64,000 bases of DNA from NCBI GenBank assembly GCA_964475595.1, contig CAYYXG010000014.1, forward strand, positions 1,326 to 65,325. Direction: 5' to 3'. The first letter of the stretch is position 1. Each line of letters begins with the position of its first letter. Below, in pieces: positions 10,735-21,490 of the stretch. The position numbers and the translations under genes were made by a program. The notes under the pieces were generated by a model, which had not been told where the DNA came from, searched no databases, and saw nothing but the letters and a program-made list of their open reading frames with translations. Source of the stretch: an uncultured Flavobacteriaceae bacterium. GTDB taxonomy: Bacteria > Bacteroidota > Bacteroidia > NS11-12g > UBA955.

Positions 10735-10780
10735 TTTACAAATATTATGGTTTTTTTCTAAACTTTATCGGTTTTATCTG

Positions 10781-13630
10781 TTACGGACGGAGATTTCTTA
10801 ACTCACTGTCAATTCTATCCAGCTCACGTCGAAGTCTTTCCCTTTCGCGTTCAAGTTCATCCCTGTTTCCTCGGGGCGTGCCACCTCCGAACTCCCCACT
10901 GCGGTTATCTGTGTTACCATCTCCGATACCGCCTTCAAGCGTAAATGAACAAATCTTTATTCTGCCTTGACTTTTAGCTATATTTCCTGTGTATTCTTCT
11001 TCCTTGTCACCATAAATCACCTTGATTTTGTAGGGATTGGTTGAGACGTCTGGAAGATGTTGTCGATAGAGCCATAAATAAACTGAATAGGTGCCTGAGG
11101 GTGCTGTTCCGGTGGGCCAGTATATATTTTCAATAGGAGTATTGGAACCGCCTGGCTGAACATTCATATCAATCTCGAGCATTCCACCACTGCCCACACG
11201 CCTGTTTCCATACCAGATGGTTTGCCCAGCCGGATCCACACAGGCCAGGTCCAGATCGTTCTGGTTGTCCCAGTTGAGCAGAATCTGTACATCACCCGTA
11301 GAAGGGGTGGGGTTCTCATTAGCACAATTGACTGCACCGCCTGATTTGACCTTTTGCAGTGCTTTATCAATTTGAATCAAGTTACCGATTTTACCATTTG
11401 CCGGCACACCTGTTGACTGTAAGATACATTTGATCTGCTCGGTTGTTAAATCGGGCTTTATACTTTTCATCAATGCCACAGCACCGGTTACGATGGGTGT
11501 TGCCATACTGGTACCATCCATATATTGATATCCGTCTGAACCTGAGGTGCTGTATATCTTTACACCAGGGGCAGATATGGTGGCATTATTACCATAATTA
11601 CTAAAACCGGCTTTTTTAACTGCTGAACTGGATTGATCCACAGCCGATACAACAATGAAGTGTTTTGGCCTTTTCAACGGATCTACGCCGGCCAGGACAT
11701 TATCGTTTCCTGCTGCGGTAACAATAGTTGCGTTATGAGATTCCGCAATATCCATAATTTTTGTCCACAGCCGCTCTTCCTCCTTAAAATGATACTGCTG
11801 TAATTCACGCTGTTCATTTTCACTGATATTGCCATTGAACTTCATGCCCACAGACATATTTACCACATCAGCACCCTGATACAGTGCGTACAAAACCCCA
11901 TCGAGCAAAGATGTCGTTGTCATAACATCCTGGTCATTCGATACCTGTATAGGCATCAGTGCGCATTCACCGGCAATACCACTAATGCCTGTTCCATTAT
12001 TGATAGAAGCCACTGCCGTTCCGGCAACGTGGGTGCCGTGATCAATATCCTGGGCGCTGATTCTATTATTATGCTTCCACACATTGTAGGGCATAACAAT
12101 TTTATTTTTCAGTTCCGGATGATCCGTATTGAATCCATTATCCACAACTGCGACGGTAATGGTGCGCGAACCTTTTGTTATATCCCATGCCGCTGCTGCG
12201 TTTACTGCTTTCAAATACCATGATTTTTCGTTGTCACTAAAAGAAGGGTCGTTGGGACTAAAATTGCTCTCAAAAAGTGCCTCATCAAAGATAAAAATTT
12301 TAAAATCCGGAGAAACCTGACCGGGGAATTCCTGTTTTATTTTATTTCTATCCTCCGGTGGAACCTTTATCTGCATTCGCTTTACAACATCATCATAATA
12401 AATCACCTCATACTCTTCAGCAGGATACAGTTGTTTAAATTTTCTCGCTAAATCCATGATGCTCTTATTTTCATCTTCAAGCAACACGTTCAGTCGATCA
12501 TTAAAAATAACTGGCCTTCCGGGCTCTCTAACAAGATTAGAAGTATCCGGATCAGGCAGCACACCTTGCTCAGGTGGTAATATATCGCGATATTCAGGTG
12601 GTGTTGGAACCGGCTCGTAGGGATGACCTGGATTGTAAATACCTCCATGACCTGCCCTTGGATCCTTGTCTACCCATGGCTTTTTCTCAATAGGTGATGG
12701 AATAGGTCGTGATTCTACATGGTTACAAGTTCTGAACAACCAGCAAATCAACAATAGCAGCAAGAGAAAGAGCAGTAGATACAGCAACCACTTCAAACAA
12801 CCGGAACCGGTTAACCAAAGCCATAAACGCCTGTACCAAGGCAATCTGACTGCTTTGTATAAAGCTGTAAACTGGACATCCCCGTTTACCTCATGACCAA
12901 GAGGTTGAGTATCCCAACCTGCAAATTTAAAACCATCTTTCGGAACAACAGATGGAATATCACCATCTGTAATGAGGTCACCAGACTTTTTATTTATATC
13001 AATCCACTGCTTATCACTGTTTGAGTTTGGCCCTAATATAAAAGTGACAGTATGGTTGTTCTGAGGAATGGTCTCAGAAGTTGGCTGTTCGTCGACAGAC
13101 TGATTTTCTTCAGTCGGTTGTATCGGGCGGTTCTTGGAGGAGAAAATATTTTTCATGGCTATACCAAGCGGCTCTCGCACATGTTCCCGTAGCTCCATGC
13201 CCCAAATCCCCAATACTACCTTATCATCGTAGCAGTAAACAAAATCTTTATTGACAAACTTTATTGCCCTTTCCAGACAGTCAGCCTCATCAACTTTTCC
13301 AGTTTCTTTTAAATTAGAAATTACAGCATTGTAATGATTGCGGGTTTTCTCTAATATCTCTTCATATCGGCTCAATTCATCGGATTCCAGTTTGGTTAAC
13401 TGCTGTGGAGTTTCAGAATAAGGAACGGCATACCACGTAATTTCTTCCCCGTGAAAAACCGGCTGAGCAAGAAAATGTCTGTATTCAGGCAGTATATTCC
13501 TGTTTACAATACTGGAGAGGGCTTCATACCTGTCAAATAGTTTTCTTCCCCTATATTCCTGAACTGATTTGAAAAAGGTTTCAAATCTTTCGCAACTGCA
13601 AAGTTTGTCTAATCCGTATACTACAGGCAT
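10781..13630 (-). CDS. membrane-anchored subtilisin-like (S8) serine protease with long N-terminal cytoplasmic region
   Basis: 949 aa. Catalytic Asp VAVVDNGFNTDHPEL, His HGTHVAGT, Ser GTSMATPIVTGA. Central TM WLLYLLLFLLLLLLICWLF. C-terminal coiled-coil ERERERLRRELDRID. Confidence 0.8.
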   Translation of the reverse strand: MPVVYGLDKLCSCERFETFFKSVQEYRGRKLFDRYEALSSIVNRNILPEYRHFLAQPVFHGEEITWYAVPYSETPQQLTKLESDELSRYEEILEKTRNHYNAVISNLKETGKVDEADCLERAIKFVNKDFVYCYDDKVVLGIWGMELREHVREPLGIAMKNIFSSKNRPIQPTEENQSVDEQPTSETIPQNNHTVTFILGPNSNSDKQWIDINKKSGDLITDGDIPSVVPKDGFKFAGWDTQPLGHEVNGDVQFTALYKAVRLPWYRRLWLWLTGSGCLKWLLYLLLFLLLLLLICWLFRTCNHVESRPIPSPIEKKPWVDKDPRAGHGGIYNPGHPYEPVPTPPEYRDILPPEQGVLPDPDTSNLVREPGRPVIFNDRLNVLLEDENKSIMDLARKFKQLYPAEEYEVIYYDDVVKRMQIKVPPEDRNKIKQEFPGQVSPDFKIFIFDEALFESNFSPNDPSFSDNEKSWYLKAVNAAAAWDITKGSRTITVAVVDNGFNTDHPELKNKIVMPYNVWKHNNRISAQDIDHGTHVAGTAVASINNGTGISGIAGECALMPIQVSNDQDVMTTTSLLDGVLYALYQGADVVNMSVGMKFNGNISENEQRELQQYHFKEEERLWTKIMDIAESHNATIVTAAGNDNVLAGVDPLKRPKHFIVVSAVDQSSSAVKKAGFSNYGNNATISAPGVKIYSTSGSDGYQYMDGTSMATPIVTGAVALMKSIKPDLTTEQIKCILQSTGVPANGKIGNLIQIDKALQKVKSGGAVNCANENPTPSTGDVQILLNWDNQNDLDLACVDPAGQTIWYGNRRVGSGGMLEIDMNVQPGGSNTPIENIYWPTGTAPSGTYSVYLWLYRQHLPDVSTNPYKIKVIYGDKEEEYTGNIAKSQGRIKICSFTLEGGIGDGNTDNRSGEFGGGTPRGNRDELERERERLRRELDRIDSELRNLRP

Positions 13631-13640
13631 CTTATCTACA

Positions 13641-16499
13641 TTAATTAAAACCTATGGCCGAACATTCATCTAAAACAACTTTAAGGCGCTCATTTGCGCG
13701 GATGTCATAATTTGGAATATCACAAACATAAACAAAACCTGTTTTCAAAGCATTACACCAATTTATGTAGTTTTTTACATGTGGTAATTCATTTAATTCA
13801 GCGGGATTCTCCTGTAGGATTTTATTTAGTTCTTCCAAACGGTTTATATTTAAATCGCTTTTTTTGTTTTGAGCATTGAAGATAGAATCGGATTGTGGAA
13901 AATCGAGAATTAGGTCCAGCGAATTTTTTTCATTAGCAATTTTAAGGTCATTTAAATCTTCAGTAGAAAAATATGCTCTACCAAATGTTGACATAAAAGA
14001 ATTAAGGATTTCGCAACTTATATCAGAAATCATTTCATAGACTACCTCCTGATTCTTAGATCCGTTAACATGAAGCCATATTTTATCCGAAATGTATTTT
14101 GACATTTGTAATTTATTATAGAGCTTCTTGAAAGTATCCAAAATGTTTTCAGCCTCAAGTTCGCTTAAATAATTAACGGTAGACTTCAATTTGGCAGGCA
14201 GACCTTCATTAAACCAATAACGCTCCAACGCTTCCGCCAAAATTTGTGAAAAATGCTTTACCCTGTCAAGTCCACCATAAAACAACTCATTCAGATCCAC
14301 TCCCTGTTCTTCAAAGAATTGTCTGCAGGCTTCAGCACTTTCTTTCTCATAGTGCTGACGCAAATATTCCAGATTTTCATCAAATGATGCATTGGAGTCC
14401 AAACGGGGCACCAACAGCCTAATTGAACTGTAATTGGTTACATCTACATTATTTCTGTGCTCAATATCTCTGATTTCATCGATAAAAATTTCATAAACTT
14501 CTCCGTTAGAAATCATCAAATCTTTAAGCATTGGTCCAAAGAAATGCTGACTTCTGCTGAAGGCAATATCAAGTTTCGCCTTTATTCTGCCTGCCATAGC
14601 CCTGGCTGCCAATATATTTTGGGATTTATCAGAGCTGTTATAATATTCACTCAACAAACTAAAGATGCCATTATTGATGGCTTCAAGATCACGGCGCCAT
14701 TTCTTTTCCCTGGCATTGACAGTGTTCACTGCTGCAATCCCAAGTTTCTCAATAATCAATCCCGTTCCATCTTCGTTAATTCCGGCAGCCCGATCCCAGG
14801 AAACAGCCGGATTTTCAAAATGTTTTTTGACAAAATCATAATCGAGAAATGACTTTCTAAGCTGCTCCCTAAAATCAAGATAATCGTTTGGTTTAATCTC
14901 TTCTGTCTCTATACCATGCCTGCTGTAACCGCTAAACAGGTTGCCCTTTTCAGAATAGACAAAATCCCTTAGCAGATAAATGTTTTGAAAATTAGGCTTG
15001 GAAATGGTCCACTGGCGAAACCAATTGTACGTTTTTACATCCAGTAACTCAGTAGCCAGTGTGCTTTCAAACCTCAGATTCCATCGATGGTTTAATGAAT
15101 CTATATTATCCCGACGATCCTGATTAAGATTATATTCAAGATTTTCATTAAAAAATGTACCTACTATAAACAATGGAGAAACAACAGCGTTTTCGATGAA
15201 CTCTTCCCTGCTTTCAGGGGTTTCTCCAATATAACGTTTCACCCAGTTATTAAGCATTTCCGGCAGGCTGCGCTGTGCAGCCTGTTCATGTTTTGCACAT
15301 AAAATGAAAATGCTGATTTTTTCAGCTTCTGAATATTTATTGAACAGGTATGCAACCTTACCACGAATAAATAAATCGGGGATGTTTTTTTGCTCAAGTA
15401 AAGCAGCCGGATGAGACATTCGTGCTCTTGCTCCCGGAAAATCCAGCAAATCCATCTCTTTTAAAAAAGGCTTGGAATCAAGAATGGATTCCCGGATTGA
15501 AAACACAATTTCCGCCACCATAAGGCACAGGTATGGTTTTTCAACTTCACGGATCTGTTCATTGCAAAATACTTTTGTGGTTGAACAGTATTGCTCGGGA
15601 AGATTTTTTTGCTCTGATATATCTGTATATAATTCTTTCAGTCTCTGAACATCCAAAATGGTTCCGTATTTTGAAAGCACGGATTCAATGGGCAGAAAAA
15701 TGGTTTCAGCAAAATTCAATGCCTTCATTTGTTCCACAGTGGTGCTAAAAAGATTGTGGAATGTGATATTGTTGTTCCATAATGGGGCAAAAACCGCAGC
15801 CCATTTCTCAGGTGCTATATTATTAATTAGCCTGGCAACCACTTTGAAATAATCCGAGCTGAGCAACAGATTTGCTTTGGTTGCAAAATGAGCTTTATAA
15901 TATTCCTGAATACCCCAGATATCATCTTCAGAGAGGGCATTTTGAATATTTTTTCCACCTGAGCTATAGTCAACCTTGAGATTTTCTACAAAATCATTCA
16001 GCACTGCTAAATCAATAATGGAGTCATGATCCACTTTAACATCGTTGTAGTAGCTATCAGATAAGATAAGAATTATATCAGCAGCTGACAGCATTAAAGC
16101 CTTTACAGGAAAATTGGGGTTTTGGGGCTTATAATTCACTGAGAAACGGGTTACCAGACTGGTAGACTCCATTCCCCCACCGGTGGGATTTATGTCCTTA
16201 ATAAAATTGTGATAGGTATTTTCATTCCCCATCACACAAAAAGGTTCATTCGATTCGGATAGCAGGCTGCTAATGAGATAAGATTTGCCAACCTGACTTT
16301 CGCCATAAACGGCAGCTGCACTGTTATCCTGCATGGCGAATTTTTTCTTTTTAAGTTCACGTCGGTAACCTACCAGTTTATTGTATAGAAATTCACCCTT
16401 TTTCCCATGCATAGCCTCCGTTTCTTCAATCCATTTTTCGGAGTTTTTAATCACATTGAGCTGTGCGTTTATTTTATTTATCATTTCCACCTTTTCCAC
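13641..16499 (-). CDS. large P-loop NTPase, possibly SrfC-like
   Basis: 952 aa. Walker A VYGESQVGKSYLISSL near the N-terminus. 11-nt gap to the downstream gene and 1-nt overlap with the upstream SrfB-like gene. Confidence 0.6.
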   Translation of the reverse strand: MEKVEMINKINAQLNVIKNSEKWIEETEAMHGKKGEFLYNKLVGYRRELKKKKFAMQDNSAAAVYGESQVGKSYLISSLLSESNEPFCVMGNENTYHNFIKDINPTGGGMESTSLVTRFSVNYKPQNPNFPVKALMLSAADIILILSDSYYNDVKVDHDSIIDLAVLNDFVENLKVDYSSGGKNIQNALSEDDIWGIQEYYKAHFATKANLLLSSDYFKVVARLINNIAPEKWAAVFAPLWNNNITFHNLFSTTVEQMKALNFAETIFLPIESVLSKYGTILDVQRLKELYTDISEQKNLPEQYCSTTKVFCNEQIREVEKPYLCLMVAEIVFSIRESILDSKPFLKEMDLLDFPGARARMSHPAALLEQKNIPDLFIRGKVAYLFNKYSEAEKISIFILCAKHEQAAQRSLPEMLNNWVKRYIGETPESREEFIENAVVSPLFIVGTFFNENLEYNLNQDRRDNIDSLNHRWNLRFESTLATELLDVKTYNWFRQWTISKPNFQNIYLLRDFVYSEKGNLFSGYSRHGIETEEIKPNDYLDFREQLRKSFLDYDFVKKHFENPAVSWDRAAGINEDGTGLIIEKLGIAAVNTVNAREKKWRRDLEAINNGIFSLLSEYYNSSDKSQNILAARAMAGRIKAKLDIAFSRSQHFFGPMLKDLMISNGEVYEIFIDEIRDIEHRNNVDVTNYSSIRLLVPRLDSNASFDENLEYLRQHYEKESAEACRQFFEEQGVDLNELFYGGLDRVKHFSQILAEALERYWFNEGLPAKLKSTVNYLSELEAENILDTFKKLYNKLQMSKYISDKIWLHVNGSKNQEVVYEMISDISCEILNSFMSTFGRAYFSTEDLNDLKIANEKNSLDLILDFPQSDSIFNAQNKKSDLNINRLEELNKILQENPAELNELPHVKNYINWCNALKTGFVYVCDIPNYDIRANERLKVVLDECSAIGFN

Positions 16500-19400
16500 T
16501 ATTTTAAAGTGACTATTTTTAAATTTTGAAATACCCCGGTATCCATCCAGTATTCGCTATCCTCGCTCATACTTTGCAATTGAAGCGTGAAATAGGCAGG
16601 CGTGATATCTTCACCCTCCCTTGATTCCACACTATCTATTTTAATAATTTCCTTGTCATCCCTGTAACTCTCTCTAATTATTGTAAACTTAAAAGGTTCC
16701 TGCTTTTTCAATTTTTCAAATTCAGCTTGGAATGCCATTTGAATCTCCTGCTTTTGTTCATCAAACAACCCTTTTTTATTTTTAATTTTTTCTTCAATCT
16801 TCTCTCGGTTAAAATCCAAAAAATAAAAGGGCCTTGTCGGATAAAGCTTTGTATCAAGCTGCCTTGTCCATATCCTCCAGGGCAATTGAGGTACTGATAC
16901 TTTGTTGCTGTTAAGCGCTGGTGTTATAAATGCTTCCTCTGTTTCCTTCAATGCGAAGTAATCACTGGTCGGAACCATTTTTTTGCCCAGTTCAGATAAA
17001 TCCAATGCAAAACCATTCAAACTCCCTGCAGTGGAAGAATAATGTCCAATCATCGCTCCCACCGCCACAACCGATTTGGAGTCTTTGAAATATCCGTTAC
17101 CATCTTGAAAAGGATACCATCTTCCAACCCTGTATTTATTCAGTGCAACAATTCTATTAGGTGAAACTGCAAAGTATTTTAAGAATAAATCCGAAATGGG
17201 TTTCAATCCTGTAGGTCTTCCGGAAAGCAAAACAATATCGCATTTATAGTGTGCCAGGATGGCGGAGATCTTACCTACAAGAGAATCAAACACACTTTCA
17301 ACTATCGGGGCAATAATTTTACGGTCATATTGCCAGGCAATATCCTTAAGGCTAAATCCAAAGTGATTTTGGAAATAATCCTGCACTCTCTCCGTAGGCA
17401 TATTATGACTAAAAATATCATTGAAGGTGAGTACACGGGAATTTTGCTTGTCTTCAGCAAGAAGCTCAAGATACTTTACAACGACTGGAACAGAAACCTG
17501 CAAATTAAATTCGCTTCTTATTTGCCGTGCAGTTTTAGACTGACGTGCAGTGTTCTCCCCAAAAAAATCATTGATGAGTTTGGATGCCTCCGCTTTTTTT
17601 AGCTTTTTCAGCCATAATTCCATCGCGCCAAACTCACCTTCTATAATAAGTTTTCTGACCAGGTCTTTAAGCATATCATCACCTGCCAGATAGAAACTCT
17701 CCCAAAACAATGGTTCCGGTTTGAGAAGACACTGCCCAGTATCGCCATAGGTATAATCTGCAATCATCAGATCTGTTGTTCCGGCACCGATGTCTACAGA
17801 GCCGATTGTAAGATGTTTGCTCGTCTCTCCAGATCCGGATTTGCCACCATAGAATTCGAAAAACTCCTTGCAATTATTATTGTATCGTTTATTGATTTCA
17901 GCATACAGATATAAGAATTGCGTGCAGGTGGCTTCGTCATATATCCAGGATTTATCCTCTGAATTTTTTGATACACTTGCAGAACTGGGTATTATCTGTA
18001 CATTTTTTCGAGCAGCTTTTTCATCTAAATCATCAAGATGTGTTTCATTATAAAAACGATCTAACATAATAGCTGCGTCTTCAGCACACTTTCGCAGTGC
18101 TATCTGCTCTACTTTAGACATAGCAGTAGGACATGTTATCAGTATACGATCCAATCTTCTCGGCTTCGCTTCATCACCCCATCTTTGTCTGAAGGCGTAA
18201 CCGTTAATCTGCATTCGTGCCTGGCTAAATATTTCAAGAAAAGCGAAGGTCATCAAAGATCTTCTTGAATAGTTAGAAACAAATCCCCCGCTACCATCAG
18301 TATTAAGGGTACCATCAGCATTAACCTGCTCAGAAATACCCTTAATCCAAATATTTTTGCTGCGTTCCTTGTCAAATGAAATAAACTCCCATTCTTTCTT
18401 TTGAGGTTTAGAGTCCCATAAGAAACGTTTTGGACTGGAAAATGTAGTGATTTTGTCCAGGCCTATATTTAAACTGGCCGTATTGTGAATTAATTCGTTG
18501 GCTTCAATCCCAAGACGAACTGCGCTCGGATAAACGAACTGAGGACTATTTTTAATAAAATGGCCTCCAAAACTTGCTTCATGAAATGCCAGTCGCATGT
18601 CAAAGGGTTCACGGGATTTATTTAGCTCTCCATTAACTACAGGATTGGTAAAATTTTGCAACTCCAGATTCTCTACCTTGGTGAAATCATGGTTATCAAA
18701 TAACACTGCACAGGTGCGCGAATTCCCCATATCCACAACAAGATCTACATCACCATAGGCCACATTTCTGTTTGAAAACAGGGTCACTTCAGGCACAGTC
18801 TTTAGCTGCTGTATATATCTTAGTAAAAAAACATACTGGGCCAAATAACTCATTTTTGGTTTTTTTATCCGCATTCCATCAAGGCTTTTCTCCCCGTGAA
18901 ATAACTCCAGGATATATTCATCAACCCACTCACAATTCATTGATTTTGAGAAAAAATCAATGAGTGAAAATTCACTATTGCATAATGAAAACTGCTTGGA
19001 TCTGTCATAATTTGAAAAAGTTGGTGTTTCTACCAAATCATCAGCTTCAAAACCTTGGCTTTCAAATCGTGTTCGGGTATCAAATGCAATTAACAATGTA
19101 TATTTTCTGACTTGGTCTTTTTGTTCGCCTGGGACCAATTTAAACCTGCACCAGTTTACAGGTCCAAATTTTGACTTGTTATTTTTACCGAGTGCAAAAA
19201 ATGGCATTGGCAACCAATGGTTTTCGAATTTATCCCATTTCAAACGGTTTAGAGATATAGGAAAACAATCGGTTTCATCGCTGTCAGAATTAACATTAGG
19301 GATAACCTCCCTGAACTTTCCGCTTAAAAACTCTTCACTTTTATTTACTGCTGACCAAGGTTCTTTCACAGTCCCAGCCTTAATGAGTTTATCGCCGGAC

Positions 19401-19630
19401 ATTTCATCTGTTTTTTGAAGTGCACCCAACTTTAAAAGATCCTGTTTTCTGACCCAAACGTCCTCTTCTGCGTAATGATGCACCAATTCAAGTTTTAGTT
19501 GATCGTCTTCAGCGTCAAACCATTCATGAAAATACATTTTGAAATTATCGGAGAGCTCAATCTCCAGATCTGTGGAATATAACTGAATCCCCGAGTTGGC
19601 TATCAGACTTATATCTTTTTTCATTACCAC
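16499..19630 (-). CDS. large actin/Hsp70-fold (ASKHA) ATPase, SrfB-like
   Basis: 1043 aa. Phosphate-1 motif DLVVDMGNSRTCAVLFD, phosphate-2 motif SVDIGAGTTDLMIADY, adenosine motif IVLLSGRPTGLKPI. The size and architecture recall the virulence-factor SrfB family. Confidence 0.6.
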   Translation of the reverse strand: MVMKKDISLIANSGIQLYSTDLEIELSDNFKMYFHEWFDAEDDQLKLELVHHYAEEDVWVRKQDLLKLGALQKTDEMSGDKLIKAGTVKEPWSAVNKSEEFLSGKFREVIPNVNSDSDETDCFPISLNRLKWDKFENHWLPMPFFALGKNNKSKFGPVNWCRFKLVPGEQKDQVRKYTLLIAFDTRTRFESQGFEADDLVETPTFSNYDRSKQFSLCNSEFSLIDFFSKSMNCEWVDEYILELFHGEKSLDGMRIKKPKMSYLAQYVFLLRYIQQLKTVPEVTLFSNRNVAYGDVDLVVDMGNSRTCAVLFDNHDFTKVENLELQNFTNPVVNGELNKSREPFDMRLAFHEASFGGHFIKNSPQFVYPSAVRLGIEANELIHNTASLNIGLDKITTFSSPKRFLWDSKPQKKEWEFISFDKERSKNIWIKGISEQVNADGTLNTDGSGGFVSNYSRRSLMTFAFLEIFSQARMQINGYAFRQRWGDEAKPRRLDRILITCPTAMSKVEQIALRKCAEDAAIMLDRFYNETHLDDLDEKAARKNVQIIPSSASVSKNSEDKSWIYDEATCTQFLYLYAEINKRYNNNCKEFFEFYGGKSGSGETSKHLTIGSVDIGAGTTDLMIADYTYGDTGQCLLKPEPLFWESFYLAGDDMLKDLVRKLIIEGEFGAMELWLKKLKKAEASKLINDFFGENTARQSKTARQIRSEFNLQVSVPVVVKYLELLAEDKQNSRVLTFNDIFSHNMPTERVQDYFQNHFGFSLKDIAWQYDRKIIAPIVESVFDSLVGKISAILAHYKCDIVLLSGRPTGLKPISDLFLKYFAVSPNRIVALNKYRVGRWYPFQDGNGYFKDSKSVVAVGAMIGHYSSTAGSLNGFALDLSELGKKMVPTSDYFALKETEEAFITPALNSNKVSVPQLPWRIWTRQLDTKLYPTRPFYFLDFNREKIEEKIKNKKGLFDEQKQEIQMAFQAEFEKLKKQEPFKFTIIRESYRDDKEIIKIDSVESREGEDITPAYFTLQLQSMSEDSEYWMDTGVFQNLKIVTLK

Positions 19631-20031
19631 TCTTTATTATTATTACTTTTATTATTTATCTTATATATTTTCACCATACAAGCTTATGTTTCTATGATGA
19701 CTGGCATTAAGAAGCGAACTTCAAATATATAGAATTAACTGAAAAAAACATTATAAGTGAATATTTTGATATACAATCAATTAAGGATATTAACGCATAT
19801 TTTGAAGATAACCGTTTATTCATTTCGCCTGTAACAGACATTTTTAGCACATTGTTTCTAATTCGTGGCATTTTATTTAAACTATCCAACCGCACATAAC
19901 TCTCATTAAAAAATATGCCCCGCCTTGGCAATGTTTTAGTTGCTTTATGTTTTGATACATACAATAATAACAAACCCAACATCAACAAACCAAACATGTT
20001 GAAAAAATAATCCTCATACAAACAGCTCAAG

Positions 20032-21009
20032 CTACAATACCCGGCCACCAGAGTATAGCTTATCCGCTACCCTCCCCGCCAAATCACCTATTTCCTTGTG
20101 CCTGGCAAGCTGTTGCAGCCACTTTTCTGGAATGTTATCTAAGCCATAATATAGTCCTGCCAGGCCACCTGTGACAGCCCCGGTAGTGTCAGTATCGCGG
20201 CCTAGATTCACTGCTTTTAAAACAGCATCCGGGTAATTGTCTGTCGTTAGAAAACACCATATACTCGCTTCCAGCGTATGTAAAACATAACCGCTACTTT
20301 GTATTGCATCTTTTTCAAGCCTGTGTATGTCACTTTTTAACAAACGAACAAATACAGCAATTTCGGTTGGGTGTACCTTACGGCTGTGCAAATGCGCAAG
20401 AACTTTAGCTTGCAAATTTTTGTATATTTCAAACTTCTCTTTGCCTTCCAAAACCTGCAGCGCAAATTCCATGTAATAAAAACACGCTATAATGGAACGA
20501 ATATGTCCATGTGTGATTGATGAAACCTCTTTGGTAAGTTCAAACCGCTCATAAATGGGCTTATTGTAGATATGGAATAACAATGGCAAAATGCGCATCA
20601 GTGAACCATTCCCATTGTCTTCTTCATTGAAACCACCGGCAAGTTCCGGCTTCGCTCCGCGGGCAAGACGCAAAATGGCATCACTTGTTGCTATGCCAAT
20701 ATCAAACACATCTCCATACGGAGTCCAGTAATTCTCATAGCACCATTTCACAAAGTTTTGCCCGATGGTGTTCAGATCAAATTCCTGCGTTAAGGCTTCG
20801 GCCAGGCAAAAGGTCATGGAGCTGTCGTCCGACCATGTACCAGGCGGCAGGTTGTATGTACCATAACCGATCATATCCGTTACAGGATTTTTTCTTATGG
20901 TTTCGCGGCTCTTAAATTCAACGGGCACGCCCAAAGCGTCGCCCACGGCTAAGCCAAACAGTGCGGATTGAATGTGGTGAAGAGTGGGATGCATATGAAT
21001 TTGAATCAA
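20032..21009 (-). CDS. ADP-ribosylglycohydrolase family protein
   Basis: 325 aa. FGLAVGDALGVPVEF...NGSLMRILPL...RDTDTTGAVTGGLAGLYYG are typical ARH/DraG motifs. GC-normal within an AT-rich island. Confidence 0.8.
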   Translation of the reverse strand: MIQIHMHPTLHHIQSALFGLAVGDALGVPVEFKSRETIRKNPVTDMIGYGTYNLPPGTWSDDSSMTFCLAEALTQEFDLNTIGQNFVKWCYENYWTPYGDVFDIGIATSDAILRLARGAKPELAGGFNEEDNGNGSLMRILPLLFHIYNKPIYERFELTKEVSSITHGHIRSIIACFYYMEFALQVLEGKEKFEIYKNLQAKVLAHLHSRKVHPTEIAVFVRLLKSDIHRLEKDAIQSSGYVLHTLEASIWCFLTTDNYPDAVLKAVNLGRDTDTTGAVTGGLAGLYYGLDNIPEKWLQQLARHKEIGDLAGRVADKLYSGGRVL

Positions 21010-21490
21010 TTAAAATTTTAAAATGCTGCCGGAAACGTAGTAGAGATATTACTTTTGGTCATAGGATCCAGAATTTATGAAAGTGTTACATCAACCTTGT
21101 CATGTGGATGAGAAATTTAGCTTTAACCTTTATACTAAGATAATGGATAATTGTGCTAAAGTTTGATTCCTGATGTGGACCGGTCTGTTCCATTTAGAAC
21201 CGATGTTATCGTGGGCGGGGAATACCCATATTTGCTCATGAACCCAACAAAAGCAATACGGACCAAAACTTACCAAGATCAACGAGGAATAATAAAGTTG
21301 CGGGTATCAAGGCATAAAACAAGCTAATTGTGAAATATGCCAAAACAACAAAAAGGGTATATCTAATGAATTTCATAATACGAATATATGAAATACCTAA
21401 AATGATTTACAAGCTATACAGTTAATTAAAAGTTAAGCTCACAGTGTTTTCTTTTAATTATGATATATCCGTTATTTATAGATATTTACA

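Noticed and set aside
19707-20048. 113-aa ORF overlapping the 3' end of the ARH gene
   Set aside because: It lies in AT-rich intergenic DNA, overlaps a well-supported gene, and has low-complexity hydrophobic translation. It is likely spurious, and this spacer more probably holds the operon promoter.
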